Part shown: piece after piece, positions 34,258-46,285 of the stretch
How positions within the stretch are numbered: the first letter of the stretch is position 1
How the letters are laid out: every line of letters begins with the position of its first letter
Assembly: GCA_963834915.1 (NCBI GenBank)
Contig: CAWIDI010000004.1
Span: forward strand, 146,562-210,561
Length of the DNA: 64,000 nt
Source: an uncultured Chloroflexia bacterium
GTDB lineage: Bacteria > Chloroflexota > Limnocylindria > Limnocylindrales > CSP1-4
Reading direction: 5' to 3'
Translations under genes and position numbers: made by a program
Notes under the pieces: generated by a model
Databases searched by the model: none
Told to the model about the DNA's origin: nothing
Seen by the model: only the letters and a program-made list of their open reading frames with translations

Positions 34258-35270
34258 CTCGCGAACCCGGTGATCCAGGCCTGGCCCGTGATGGCCGGGA
34301 CGATCGCCCGATACGGCCCGATCTCCGTCTCCTCGAGCACCGTGCCGGTGAAGACCGTGCCGAGGATCCCTTCGTGGCGGAAGGTATCGCCGACGCGCAG
34401 CTCGCCCTTCGCCGCCAGGGTCGCCATCTTGGCCGACGTGCCGGTCCCGCACGGTGAACGGTCGATGGCGCCGGTCCAGGTGGCGGGCTGGTCCCAGTCG
34501 AGCTCCCCGGTCGAGACGGTCACGACGTTCCGCCGCGAGTTGCCGGGGTCGTGCGGCGGACCGGACAGCTGCCCGATGGTGATCCCCGCAAAGCCCGGCT
34601 GGTCGGGATGGACGACGGGGAGCTGCTCGTTCGCGGCGGCCTTGATCATCTCGGTGATCCGGACGATGTCGGCGCCCTCGTCGGGCGTCAGCCGCAGCCC
34701 GAACGGCGCCGCGTCGGCGATGACGTAGAACATCCCGCCGTAGGCGACGTCGACCGAGACCGTGCCGAGGTGCGGGACCTCGACGGCGGCGCCGACATGG
34801 GTCGCGAAGGCGGGCACGTTGCGGAACGTCACGCCGGTGACCTTGCCGTCGCGGCAGGCGGCCGTGACGCGGATGAGCCCGGCCGGCGACTCGAGGGTCA
34901 GCTCGGTCACGGGCTCGCGCATCGGCAACCGGCCGGTCTCGAGCAGCACCGTCACGACGCACATCGTGTTCGTGCCGGACATCCCCGGGTACTCGACCTG
35001 CTCCATGATCACGTAGCCGGCGTCTGCGTCCGGGTGGTTCGACGGCAGCACCAGGTTGCAGTTGGCCGCTGGGTAGCCGCGCGGCTCGCGCAGCATCCGC
35101 AGCCGGATGTCGTCGCGGTTCGCCCGGAGCCACGACATCTTGTCGAACATCGTCTCGCCGGGGACGGCGTCGACGCCACCGACGATGACCCGCCCGGGCT
35201 CGCCGGCGGCATGGGCGTCCACGGCTTCGATGACCGGACCGATCCGCAGCCGCTCCGGAACGTCCGTCAC
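34194..35270 (-). CDS. Proline racemase/4-hydroxyproline epimerase superfamily protein (Ser/Cys catalytic pair)
   Basis: AVDAHAAGEPGRVIVGG..., first catalytic position in YPGMSGTNTM (Ser where Cys is usual), second in DRSPCGTGTSAKMA. I chose GTG 35270 because the track ORF start at 35594 overlaps smpB. Confidence 0.8.
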   Translation of the reverse strand: MTDVPERLRIGPVIEAVDAHAAGEPGRVIVGGVDAVPGETMFDKMSWLRANRDDIRLRMLREPRGYPAANCNLVLPSNHPDADAGYVIMEQVEYPGMSGTNTMCVVTVLLETGRLPMREPVTELTLESPAGLIRVTAACRDGKVTGVTFRNVPAFATHVGAAVEVPHLGTVSVDVAYGGMFYVIADAAPFGLRLTPDEGADIVRITEMIKAAANEQLPVVHPDQPGFAGITIGQLSGPPHDPGNSRRNVVTVSTGELDWDQPATWTGAIDRSPCGTGTSAKMATLAAKGELRVGDTFRHEGILGTVFTGTVLEETEIGPYRAIVPAITGQAWITGFASYVVDPTDPFPDGFTVGDIWA

Positions 35271-35293
35271 CTCAGCAGCCGCACGAGCCGCCG

Positions 35294-35761
35294 CTACCGG
35301 CCGCGGTGTGCGTCGGCGAGCTCGCGCGCCACGTCGCGTCGGGCGTCGCGGTCCGCGATGTCGCGGCGCCGGTCGTGGAGCTGCTTGCCACGCGCGAGGC
35401 CGAGCTCGATCTTGGCCTTGCCCTTGGTGTTGATGTAGAGCCGCAGCGGCACGATCGTCTGGCCCTTCGCCTTGGCCCGGCCCAGCAGCTCGTCGATCTC
35501 CGAGCGGTGGAGCAGGAGCTTGCGCGTGCGCTTCGGCTCGTGGTTGTAGCGGTTCGCCTGCTCGAACGGCGCGATGTGGGCGCCGATCAGCCACGCCTCG
35601 TTGCGCTCGACCCGCGCGTAGGCATCGGAGAGGTTGGCCTTGCCGGCGCGCAGCGACTTGATCTCCGTGCCGGTCAGCACGATCCCCGCCTCGAACGTCT
35701 CGTCGATGGTGAAGTCGTGGCGGGCTCTGCGATTGAGGGCGACGGTCTTCTCGTCGCTCAT
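35294..35761 (-). CDS. smpB: SsrA-binding protein SmpB
   Basis: 155 aa: LNRRARHDFTIDETFEAGIVLTGTEIKSLRAGKANLSDAYA...KRTRKLLLHRSEIDEL. Confidence 0.95.
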   Translation of the reverse strand: MSDEKTVALNRRARHDFTIDETFEAGIVLTGTEIKSLRAGKANLSDAYARVERNEAWLIGAHIAPFEQANRYNHEPKRTRKLLLHRSEIDELLGRAKAKGQTIVPLRLYINTKGKAKIELGLARGKQLHDRRRDIADRDARRDVARELADAHRGR

Positions 35762-35822
35762 GGGATGGCTCCTTCGGACTCGATGGGCGGAGTATGGCCG
35801 GGGGACCGGCCTAGGCGCACGA

Positions 35823-35846
35823 ACGCCGGCCCATGCGGGCCGGCGT
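35823..35846 (-). terminator. Strong GC hairpin downstream of the S41 protease gene
   Basis: ACGCCGGCCC-atgc-GGGCCGGCGT, a 10-bp stem with a 4-nt loop. The U-tract is weak. Confidence 0.35.
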
Positions 35847-35921
35847 CCGAAAGCTTTCCACCCACAGGGGTGTCCGACTAAACGGCCATCTCCTGCGAGG
35901 TGGTGCAGCTACTACTGTCGA

Positions 35922-37253
35922 TCACTGCACATCACCTCCTTTCGTTCCCCGAAACCGTACCCGATACCCGCGAGGGGCGCAAGGCCCGCCGGTGCGGGTC
36001 CGCGCCGGGATCAGGCGGCGGCCAGGTGGCCCGGGCCGGCCGCCGCCGGCGCCCAGGACCTGGAGCGCCTTGTCGAGGATCGGGTCCGAGCCGGCGGGCG
36101 TCCCGGCGGGCACGTCGACGACGACATCGGGCGTCAGCCCCGTGCCGTTGATCCAGCGCTTCGACGGGGTCAGCCAGCGGGCGATGGTGAGCTTGACCGC
36201 ACCGCCCTCGCCGGTGAGCTCGGTCCAGCGCTGGACGGTCCCCTTCCCGTAGGAGGTCTGCCCGACCAGCGTCGCCCGCTTCGAATCCTGGAGGGCGCCG
36301 GCGACGATCTCGCTCGCCGATGCGCTGCCGCCGTCGATCAGGCACACGATCTGCAGCTTCGGGTCGGTCGCGACGCCGCCCGCGATCGCTTGCGTCGCGA
36401 GCTCGCCGCCTTGGGCGTCCTGCTCCCAGAAGATGACCCCGGAGTCGATGAACTCGCTCGCCACCGACCGGGCAGCCGTCACGAACCCGCCCGGGTCGCC
36501 GCGGAGGTCGAGGATCAGCGCGGTGCGGCCGGCCCGGACGTGGGCATCGAGCGCCTCGCGCAGGGTCGCGGCGGCGGCATCCGAGAAGTCGTCGAGCCGC
36601 ACATACCCGACGGATCCGCCGGCGAGCGCCTTGCTCGTCACCACCTGCTGCTGGACGACGTCCCGCGTGATGGCCAGGTCGAACGGCGCGGCTGTCCCGC
36701 GCTGGATCCCCAGGGTCACGACCGAGCCCTTCGGCCCGCGGATCCGCTGCAGCGCCGCGTCCACGGTCAGGCCGTCGAGCGACGCCGCATCGGTGGTGAG
36801 GATCACGTCACCGGCCAGGATGCCGGCCTTCTCCGCGGGCGACCCGGCGAGCGCCGCGACCACGACCAGGTGGCAGGCCGGGCCGAGCGGCGTGCAGCCC
36901 TGGGTGCCGTCGGCCGCCTCCGTCGCGATCTGCGCCCCGACGCCCTCGAACTGCCCGCTGATCCCCTGCAGGGTCGCGCGATACTCCTGCGCGGTCAGGT
37001 AGGACGAGTAGGGATCGCCGAGCGACCCGACCATCCCCTTGATCGCGCCCTGGATCAGCGCCTCCCGATCGACGTCGCCGCCGGCGTAGGAGTCGGTGAT
37101 CGTGTGGTAGGTATCCCAGAACGGGCGGAAGGCGTCGGCCTCGGAGATCGGCGTCGAGGGTTCGGAGGCGGCCCGCTGGCCGAGCGTGTAGCCGGACAGG
37201 AAGAGTCCGCTGCCGGCGAGGACGGCGACGATGGCGATGGCCATCGAGAGCAC
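35922..37253 (-). CDS. S41-family C-terminal processing peptidase (PDZ domain)
   Basis: Signal anchor MAIAIVAVLAGSGLFLSGY, PDZ domain (GSPAEKAGILAGDVILT), catalytic region (LILDLRGDPGGF...IDGGSASASEIVAGALQD...GQTSYGKG). The N-terminus may extend to ATG 37398 if there is a further 1-nt insertion (see findings). Confidence 0.85.
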   Translation of the reverse strand: MLSMAIAIVAVLAGSGLFLSGYTLGQRAASEPSTPISEADAFRPFWDTYHTITDSYAGGDVDREALIQGAIKGMVGSLGDPYSSYLTAQEYRATLQGISGQFEGVGAQIATEAADGTQGCTPLGPACHLVVVAALAGSPAEKAGILAGDVILTTDAASLDGLTVDAALQRIRGPKGSVVTLGIQRGTAAPFDLAITRDVVQQQVVTSKALAGGSVGYVRLDDFSDAAAATLREALDAHVRAGRTALILDLRGDPGGFVTAARSVASEFIDSGVIFWEQDAQGGELATQAIAGGVATDPKLQIVCLIDGGSASASEIVAGALQDSKRATLVGQTSYGKGTVQRWTELTGEGGAVKLTIARWLTPSKRWINGTGLTPDVVVDVPAGTPAGSDPILDKALQVLGAGGGRPGPPGRRLIPARTRTGGPCAPRGYRVRFRGTKGGDVQ

Positions 37254-37491
37254 GATGGAGCGCCGTGGCGCGGCCGGTGCGCTGGACGCGGCACGAACGA
37301 CGGGCGTCGGCGGCGGCGGACCCGGTCGCGACCGGATCGTCGACGGACGGGGACTCGGCGGAGTCGGACACCGGAGGTTCTGGAGCGTCGGATCGCATCG
37401 TGGTCAGCCGTTCAGCGGGTGGTGCCGGAGGGGTCGCCGGACGAAGGTCGCCAAGGATACCGCTGGACTCCGCGACGGGGCCGCGCCGGGG

Positions 37492-38382
37492 TCAGCGGAT
37501 GAGGTAGGTCCGCACGGAGACCCACGACCCGAGGATCCCGAGCCCGATCCCGGTGCCCAGGATCAGCAGCACGAGGTCGCGCGTCAGCGAGCCGAGCTGG
37601 AGCGGCAGGACCCGGAAGAAGTCCGCCATGAAGGCGCTCAGCGGCTCGGCGCCGAGGGCCAGGAGCGCGAGCGTGATGACCGCTCCGAGGAGGCCGACGA
37701 ACGCGCCCTCGAAGACGAATGGCCAGCGGATGAACGCGTCCGATGCGCCGACGAGCCGCATGATCTCGATCTCCTCCGAGCGGGCGACCACCGCCAGCCG
37801 GATCGTGTTCACGATGATGAACAGCGCGATGATCCCGACCACGACGAGCACGATCGTGCCCGCCGTCCGGAGGATGTCGGTGACCGTGACCAGGTTGGCG
37901 ATGAAGTCCTTCTGGTTCAGGACGTTGCGGATGATCGGCTCCTTGGCCGGGTCGAGGCGCTCGCTCACGACCGCGACGTCCGCGGCGGTCACCATCTTGA
38001 CCTCGAGGCTCCCGTAGAGCGGATTGGCGTCGAGGTAGCGGGTCAGGTCATCGCGGCCCTGTGCCTGGAGCGAGGCCCGGAACTTCTCGAGGGCGGCGTC
38101 GCGGCTCACGTAGTCGACCGAGGTGACCTCGGGCATCGCCGCGACCTCCTGCTGGAGCGCGTGGATCTGGGACTCGGTCGCGTTCGGCTGGAGGTAGGCG
38201 ACGACCTGGACCTTCTGCTCGGTGAACTGGAGCGCGGAGAGCAGCCCGGTCTGGATGATCCAGAAGCCCGCGAGCAGGAGCAGCATCAGGACCATCGTGG
38301 CCGTGGCCGCGAAGCTCATGAGCGCGTTCCGCCAGAACCCCTGCCACGCGCGGCGCAGGCTGAACACGACGAACGAGATCAT
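37492..38382 (-). CDS. ftsX: Cell division permease-like protein FtsX
   Basis: 296 aa: MISFVVFSLRRAWQGFWRNALMSFAATATMVL...EEIEIMRLVGASDAFIRWPFVFEG. Confidence 0.9.
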   Translation of the reverse strand: MISFVVFSLRRAWQGFWRNALMSFAATATMVLMLLLLAGFWIIQTGLLSALQFTEQKVQVVAYLQPNATESQIHALQQEVAAMPEVTSVDYVSRDAALEKFRASLQAQGRDDLTRYLDANPLYGSLEVKMVTAADVAVVSERLDPAKEPIIRNVLNQKDFIANLVTVTDILRTAGTIVLVVVGIIALFIIVNTIRLAVVARSEEIEIMRLVGASDAFIRWPFVFEGAFVGLLGAVITLALLALGAEPLSAFMADFFRVLPLQLGSLTRDLVLLILGTGIGLGILGSWVSVRTYLIR

Positions 38383-38385
38383 CGG

Positions 38386-39162
38386 TCAGTCCTCGCGGTG
38401 GTAGGCACCGCCCACCTCGTCGCGGATGATCCGGCCCTCTTCGAGCGCCACGACCCGGCGACGGAGCGCGGTGACCACCTCGGCGTTGTGGGTGGCCATC
38501 AGGACCGTGACACCCAGCTCGTTGATGCGCAGCAGCAGCTGGAGGATCTCCCAGCTGATGAGGGGGTCGAGGTTGCCGGTGGGCTCGTCAGCGATGATCA
38601 GGCGCGGGTCGTGGACCAGCGCCCGGGCGATCGCAGTGCGCTGCTGCTCCCCGCCGGAGAGCTGCGAGGGGATCTGGCGGGACTGCGCGGTCAGCCCGAC
38701 CAGGGCGAGGACCCGGTCGACCGCCGGCGTGACTTTGCGGCGCGGCGTGCCGGTCACCTCGAGCGCGAAGGCGACGTTCTCCCAGACCGTCTTGGTCGGA
38801 AGGAGCTTGAAGTCCTGGAAGATGATCCCGATCTTGCGCCGCATCTTCGGGACCTGGCGCCGTGGCAGCCGGGCGAGGTCCTGACCGTCGAGCACCACCG
38901 CGCCCTTCGTCGCGACCTCGTCGCGGATGAGCAGCTTGATCAGCGTCGACTTGCCGGCGCCGGACGGCCCCACGAGGAAGACGAAGTCGCCCTCGGGGAT
39001 CACGAGGTCGACGTCGCGCAGCGCCTCCTTGCCGTTGTCGTACCGCATCGTGACGTCGTGCAGCACGAGGACGGCGCCCTCATGCGCGGCCTGTTCGTTC
39101 AGCCGGCGGAGGACGCGCTCGCGCAGCGAGCGCGCGCTGGGCGGGGCTGGGGCAAGGGTCAA
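38386..39162 (-). CDS. ftsE: Cell division ATP-binding protein FtsE
   Basis: Walker A GPSGAGKST, signature LSGGEQQR, Walker B LIIADEPT. It is 3 nt upstream of ftsX. An alternative start is GTG 39066. Confidence 0.9.
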   Translation of the reverse strand: MTLAPAPPSARSLRERVLRRLNEQAAHEGAVLVLHDVTMRYDNGKEALRDVDLVIPEGDFVFLVGPSGAGKSTLIKLLIRDEVATKGAVVLDGQDLARLPRRQVPKMRRKIGIIFQDFKLLPTKTVWENVAFALEVTGTPRRKVTPAVDRVLALVGLTAQSRQIPSQLSGGEQQRTAIARALVHDPRLIIADEPTGNLDPLISWEILQLLLRINELGVTVLMATHNAEVVTALRRRVVALEEGRIIRDEVGGAYHRED

Positions 39163-39353
39163 GATCGGCTCCGCGGGCGTTGCGGCCGGCGGTGGATGCC
39201 GCCGGCACGGGCTGGCACGACTCCGTCCGCGGGCACGGCAGGGGGAGCCACGTGTGGTCTGAGGCTATCACCCGCCCACGCACGCGGCAAACGTGACCGC
39301 GGTCACCCGCGGCACCCGGACGATGGTCCGGTCCGGTGGGGTCCGGTGCGCTC

Positions 39354-40327
39354 CTAGAGCAGTCCCGGGGAGATCGGCAGGTACCGGCTGAGATCGGCGA
39401 ACGGACGGTCCCAGCACAGCAGGATGGGGAACTGGTCGAGTCGGAACCCGGCCCGCAGCGCGGGCACGACCGCGCGATCGGCACTCCCCGGCAGCCACAT
39501 CGCGAAGGCGCCACGCGGCACGACCGCTGTCGTGAGGTGGCCGAGCACCGGACCGAGCAGCTCGGCGTCGCGGACCGCGACCGGCCCCACGCGCCCGGCC
39601 TCGGTCGCGTAGCCGTAGCCGAGCGCGGCGCCGTCCGGGCCGCGATAGAGCCAGCCGCGACGCGACTCCTGGCGAAGGTATCGATGGTCGAGCGGGTGGG
39701 CGACCCCCAGGACCTCGCGATCGATGGCGTCGACCGCCTCGGCGAGCGCCTGGTGCCCGGCCCCGCCCGGTGACCCGGCGGCGATCGTCTCGAAGGGCAC
39801 CGGCGTGACCCCGGACGGCAGCGCCCCGAAGGCGTCGGGCCGCTCCGGCAGCCCGGACAGGTCGAGGAGCGGGACGCGGGGCACGATCCCGTACGTCGCG
39901 TAGAGGGCGTTGGAGACCGGCTGGGCGCTGTCGGTCGCGGTGGCCATCGTCATGTCGGCACCTGCCGGCATCACTTGCGAGAGGAGCGCGCGGCCGATCC
40001 CGGCCCCCTGCAGGTCGGGGGCCACGAACAGCATCGAGAGGAACCACAGGTGCTCGCGGACGACCGCGGCCACGAACGCCACCACCTCGTCCGCGGCAGG
40101 CGTCTCGCCCGGCCGCACGGCGACCACGAAGCGCTCCGGGTCCGTCGAGGCGAGGTGCCGGTACAGACGGAGCAGCGGCCCGGTCTCGGACAGGATCTCG
40201 ATCTGGCCGAGGCGGCGGATGTAGTCGTTGATCGAGACCCGCCAGATCTCGGCGCACGCCTCGAGCTCCTCGGTCCGCACCGGCCGGTAGGCAAGACCGC
40301 CGACCACGCCCCTCCCCGGGCTCGACA

Positions 40328-40328
<1 letters not shown>
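39354..40328 (-). CDS. GNAT-family N-acetyltransferase (two-domain, about 324 aa)
   Basis: Acetyl-CoA motif VAPDLQGAGIGRALL. Its ATG overlaps the prfB stop by 1 nt (TGATG). Confidence 0.7.
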
Positions 40329-41432
<1,104 letters not shown>

Positions 41433-41657
41433 CTAGTTGCGGGCCTGGAGATCCTGGAGCAGGAGCGGCCGCAGCTCGATGAGCCGCAGGGCCGTCTTGC
41501 TCCGTGCGACGACGGGGTTCACGCACGGGCAGTAGCCGTTGTGGGGGCAGACGCCGCAATTGCCATCGCAATCGAGGGCGGCCGCGTAGCTGCACGACCG
41601 GCAGTCGCGCTCACAGGCGATGAGATCGACGAACGATGCTTCCTCGACCTGCTTCAC
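41433..41657 (-). CDS. Cys-rich 74-aa hypothetical protein (two CX3CX2C motifs plus CPC)
   Basis: (V)KQVEEASFVDLIACERDCRSCSYAAALDCDGNCGVCPHNGYCPCVNPVVARSKTALRLIELRPLLLQDLQARN. It has high GC3 and a purine-rich GAGAGAGGGA element upstream of GTG 41657. Its TAG stop is directly followed by the prfB GTG. Confidence 0.6.
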   Translation of the reverse strand: MKQVEEASFVDLIACERDCRSCSYAAALDCDGNCGVCPHNGYCPCVNPVVARSKTALRLIELRPLLLQDLQARN

Positions 41658-41755
41658 GGGGTTCCCTCTCTCTAGCGCGGGGCAGGGGCGGCTCGTCTGG
41701 GGCTGGCCTGCCGAGGGGAACACGCGCGGTCCTGGGGCGCGGCAGGCTTTGGATG

Positions 41756-41784
41756 AGTATACGGGGCCAAACCCCTATCGCCAA
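41756..41784 (-). promoter_or_regulatory. sigma-70-type promoter (TTGGCG-N17-TATACT) upstream of the Cys-rich ORF and prfB
   Basis: Read on the minus strand. The -35 is at 41784-41779 and the -10 at 41761-41756. This leaves an approximately 90-nt leader containing a GCCTGCCG...CGGCAGGC stem. Confidence 0.4.
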
Positions 41785-41874
41785 GAGGGAAATCCGTCCG
41801 GTCCACGCACGGGACGCGCCTCGTTCCGGGGTTCTGACGCGAGGATGGTCGGAACTCCGGCGCCGGTCAGCCTG

Positions 41875-44862
<2,988 letters not shown>

Positions 44863-44911
44863 GGGACGGCCAAGTATAGGGGTCGAGGGCGTCGGCCCCC
44901 TTCGAGCGGGG

Positions 44912-45163
44912 TCAGCCCCAGAAGCCGGTGCGGTACCCCACGACGAGGATCACGAAGGTCAGCAGCCCGAGGCCAGCCCAGAACACGACCGACATCAGCC
45001 GCGATGTCGGCTCCATCTCGGGGTTCTTGAGGGCGGGGAGCTGCTCGTGCGGAAGGTCTTGTCCCCAGCGCGACGAGCGGAGCTGGTCGCGCCAGCGGCC
45101 TTCGTCCACGGGGCGCGGCTCGAGGCCGCCCTCGCCATCGGGTCGGTGCAGCTGCAGGCTCAT
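44912..45163 (-). CDS. Small hypothetical membrane protein (83 aa, C-terminal TM)
   Basis: High GC3. TM segment LMSVVFWAGLGLLTFVILVVGY. Its ATG overlaps the prs stop (ATGA). Confidence 0.55.
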   Translation of the reverse strand: MSLQLHRPDGEGGLEPRPVDEGRWRDQLRSSRWGQDLPHEQLPALKNPEMEPTSRLMSVVFWAGLGLLTFVILVVGYRTGFWG

Positions 45164-46278
45164 CGGTCTCCCTGGGTCGCGCCCAGCAGGGCGCCTGTGG
45201 AGGGCTCTCCGCCGCCGTCGCCGGAGCCGACCTCGTCGTCGCGCGTGTCGATGTGGCCCTCGTTGCCGTCCTCCCAGAGGAGCATCTCCTGGGTGAGGGC
45301 GACCTCGCTCGAGAAGAGCGCACCGACCGATTCGCCGCGATGGATCCGCTTGATGGCCTCGCCGATGAGCGGCGCGACCGAGAGGGTCGTGATCTTGGGG
45401 ATGCGCTTCCGCTCGGGGAGCGGGATCGAGTCGGTCAGCACGACCTCGATCACCGACGAGGCGGCGATGCGGTCGATGGCCGGGTCGCTCAGCACCCCGT
45501 GGGTGGCGCAGGCGTAGATCTCGGTCACGCCCTCGCGCTCCAGCGCGCGGACGATCTCGACGAGCGTGCCCGCGGTGTCGATCTCGTCGTCGACGATGAT
45601 CGCGCGCTTGCCGCGGACATCGCCGATGACGTTCATCAGCTCGGCGCGGTCGAGGTTGCCGACTCGCCGCTTCTCGATGATCGCGAGCGGGGCGTCGAGC
45701 AGCTCCGCGAATGCGCGGGCGCGCTTGGCGAAGCCCAGGTCCGTGACGACGACCGCATCCTCGATCTTCTTGTAGCGGTAGTAGTTCGAGAGCATGTGCA
45801 CGGCGGTCAGCTCGTCGACCGGGATGTTGAAGAAGCCCTGGATCTGGCCCTGGTGGAGGTCCATCGTCAGGACGCGGTCCGCGCCGGCGACGGTGATCAT
45901 GTCGGCGATGAGGCGCGCGGTGATCGGGACGCGGGGCTGATCCTTCTTGTCCGAGCGGCCGTAGGCGTAGAACGGGATCACGGCCGTGATCCGCCCGGCG
46001 CTGGCGCGCTTGAACGCGTCGATCATGATCAGGAGCTCCATGATCGACTGATTGACGGGGTGGCTCGTGGGCTGCACGAGGAAGACGTCCTTCTCGCGGA
46101 CGTTCTCGAGGATCCTGACGAAGATGTTCTCGTTCGCGAACTGGAACACCTCGGCGCGGCCGGGCTGCGTGCCGAGATAGCTGCAGATCTTCCGCGCGAG
46201 GTCCGGGTTGGCGTTCCCGAAGTAGATCTCGAACTGGTCCGCGTACAAGGGCGCCTCCCGTTCGCCGAAGACCCTCAC
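45160..46278 (-). CDS. prs: Ribose-phosphate pyrophosphokinase
   Basis: ...IYFGNANPDLARKICSYLG...VFLVQPTSHPVNQSIMELLIMIDAFKRASAGRITAVIPFYAYGRSDKKD...AIIVDDEIDTAGT. I chose GTG 46278, 7 nt after the gyrA stop. GTG 46296 is an alternative. Confidence 0.9.
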   Translation of the reverse strand: MRVFGEREAPLYADQFEIYFGNANPDLARKICSYLGTQPGRAEVFQFANENIFVRILENVREKDVFLVQPTSHPVNQSIMELLIMIDAFKRASAGRITAVIPFYAYGRSDKKDQPRVPITARLIADMITVAGADRVLTMDLHQGQIQGFFNIPVDELTAVHMLSNYYRYKKIEDAVVVTDLGFAKRARAFAELLDAPLAIIEKRRVGNLDRAELMNVIGDVRGKRAIIVDDEIDTAGTLVEIVRALEREGVTEIYACATHGVLSDPAIDRIAASSVIEVVLTDSIPLPERKRIPKITTLSVAPLIGEAIKRIHRGESVGALFSSEVALTQEMLLWEDGNEGHIDTRDDEVGSGDGGGEPSTGALLGATQGDR

Positions 46279-46285
46279 GCCGGCG

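Noticed and set aside
35634-39357. 622-aa and 708-aa plus-strand ORFs opposite the S41 protease, ftsX and ftsE
   Set aside because: They are Arg/Asp/Gly-rich antisense ORFs with no motifs.
41433-41657. The idea that the CX3CX2C ORF is a radical SAM enzyme or part of a RiPP cluster
   Set aside because: The protein is only 74 aa. No radical SAM maturase, peptidase or transporter gene lies adjacent; the neighbours are secA and prfB. The motif match alone is insufficient.
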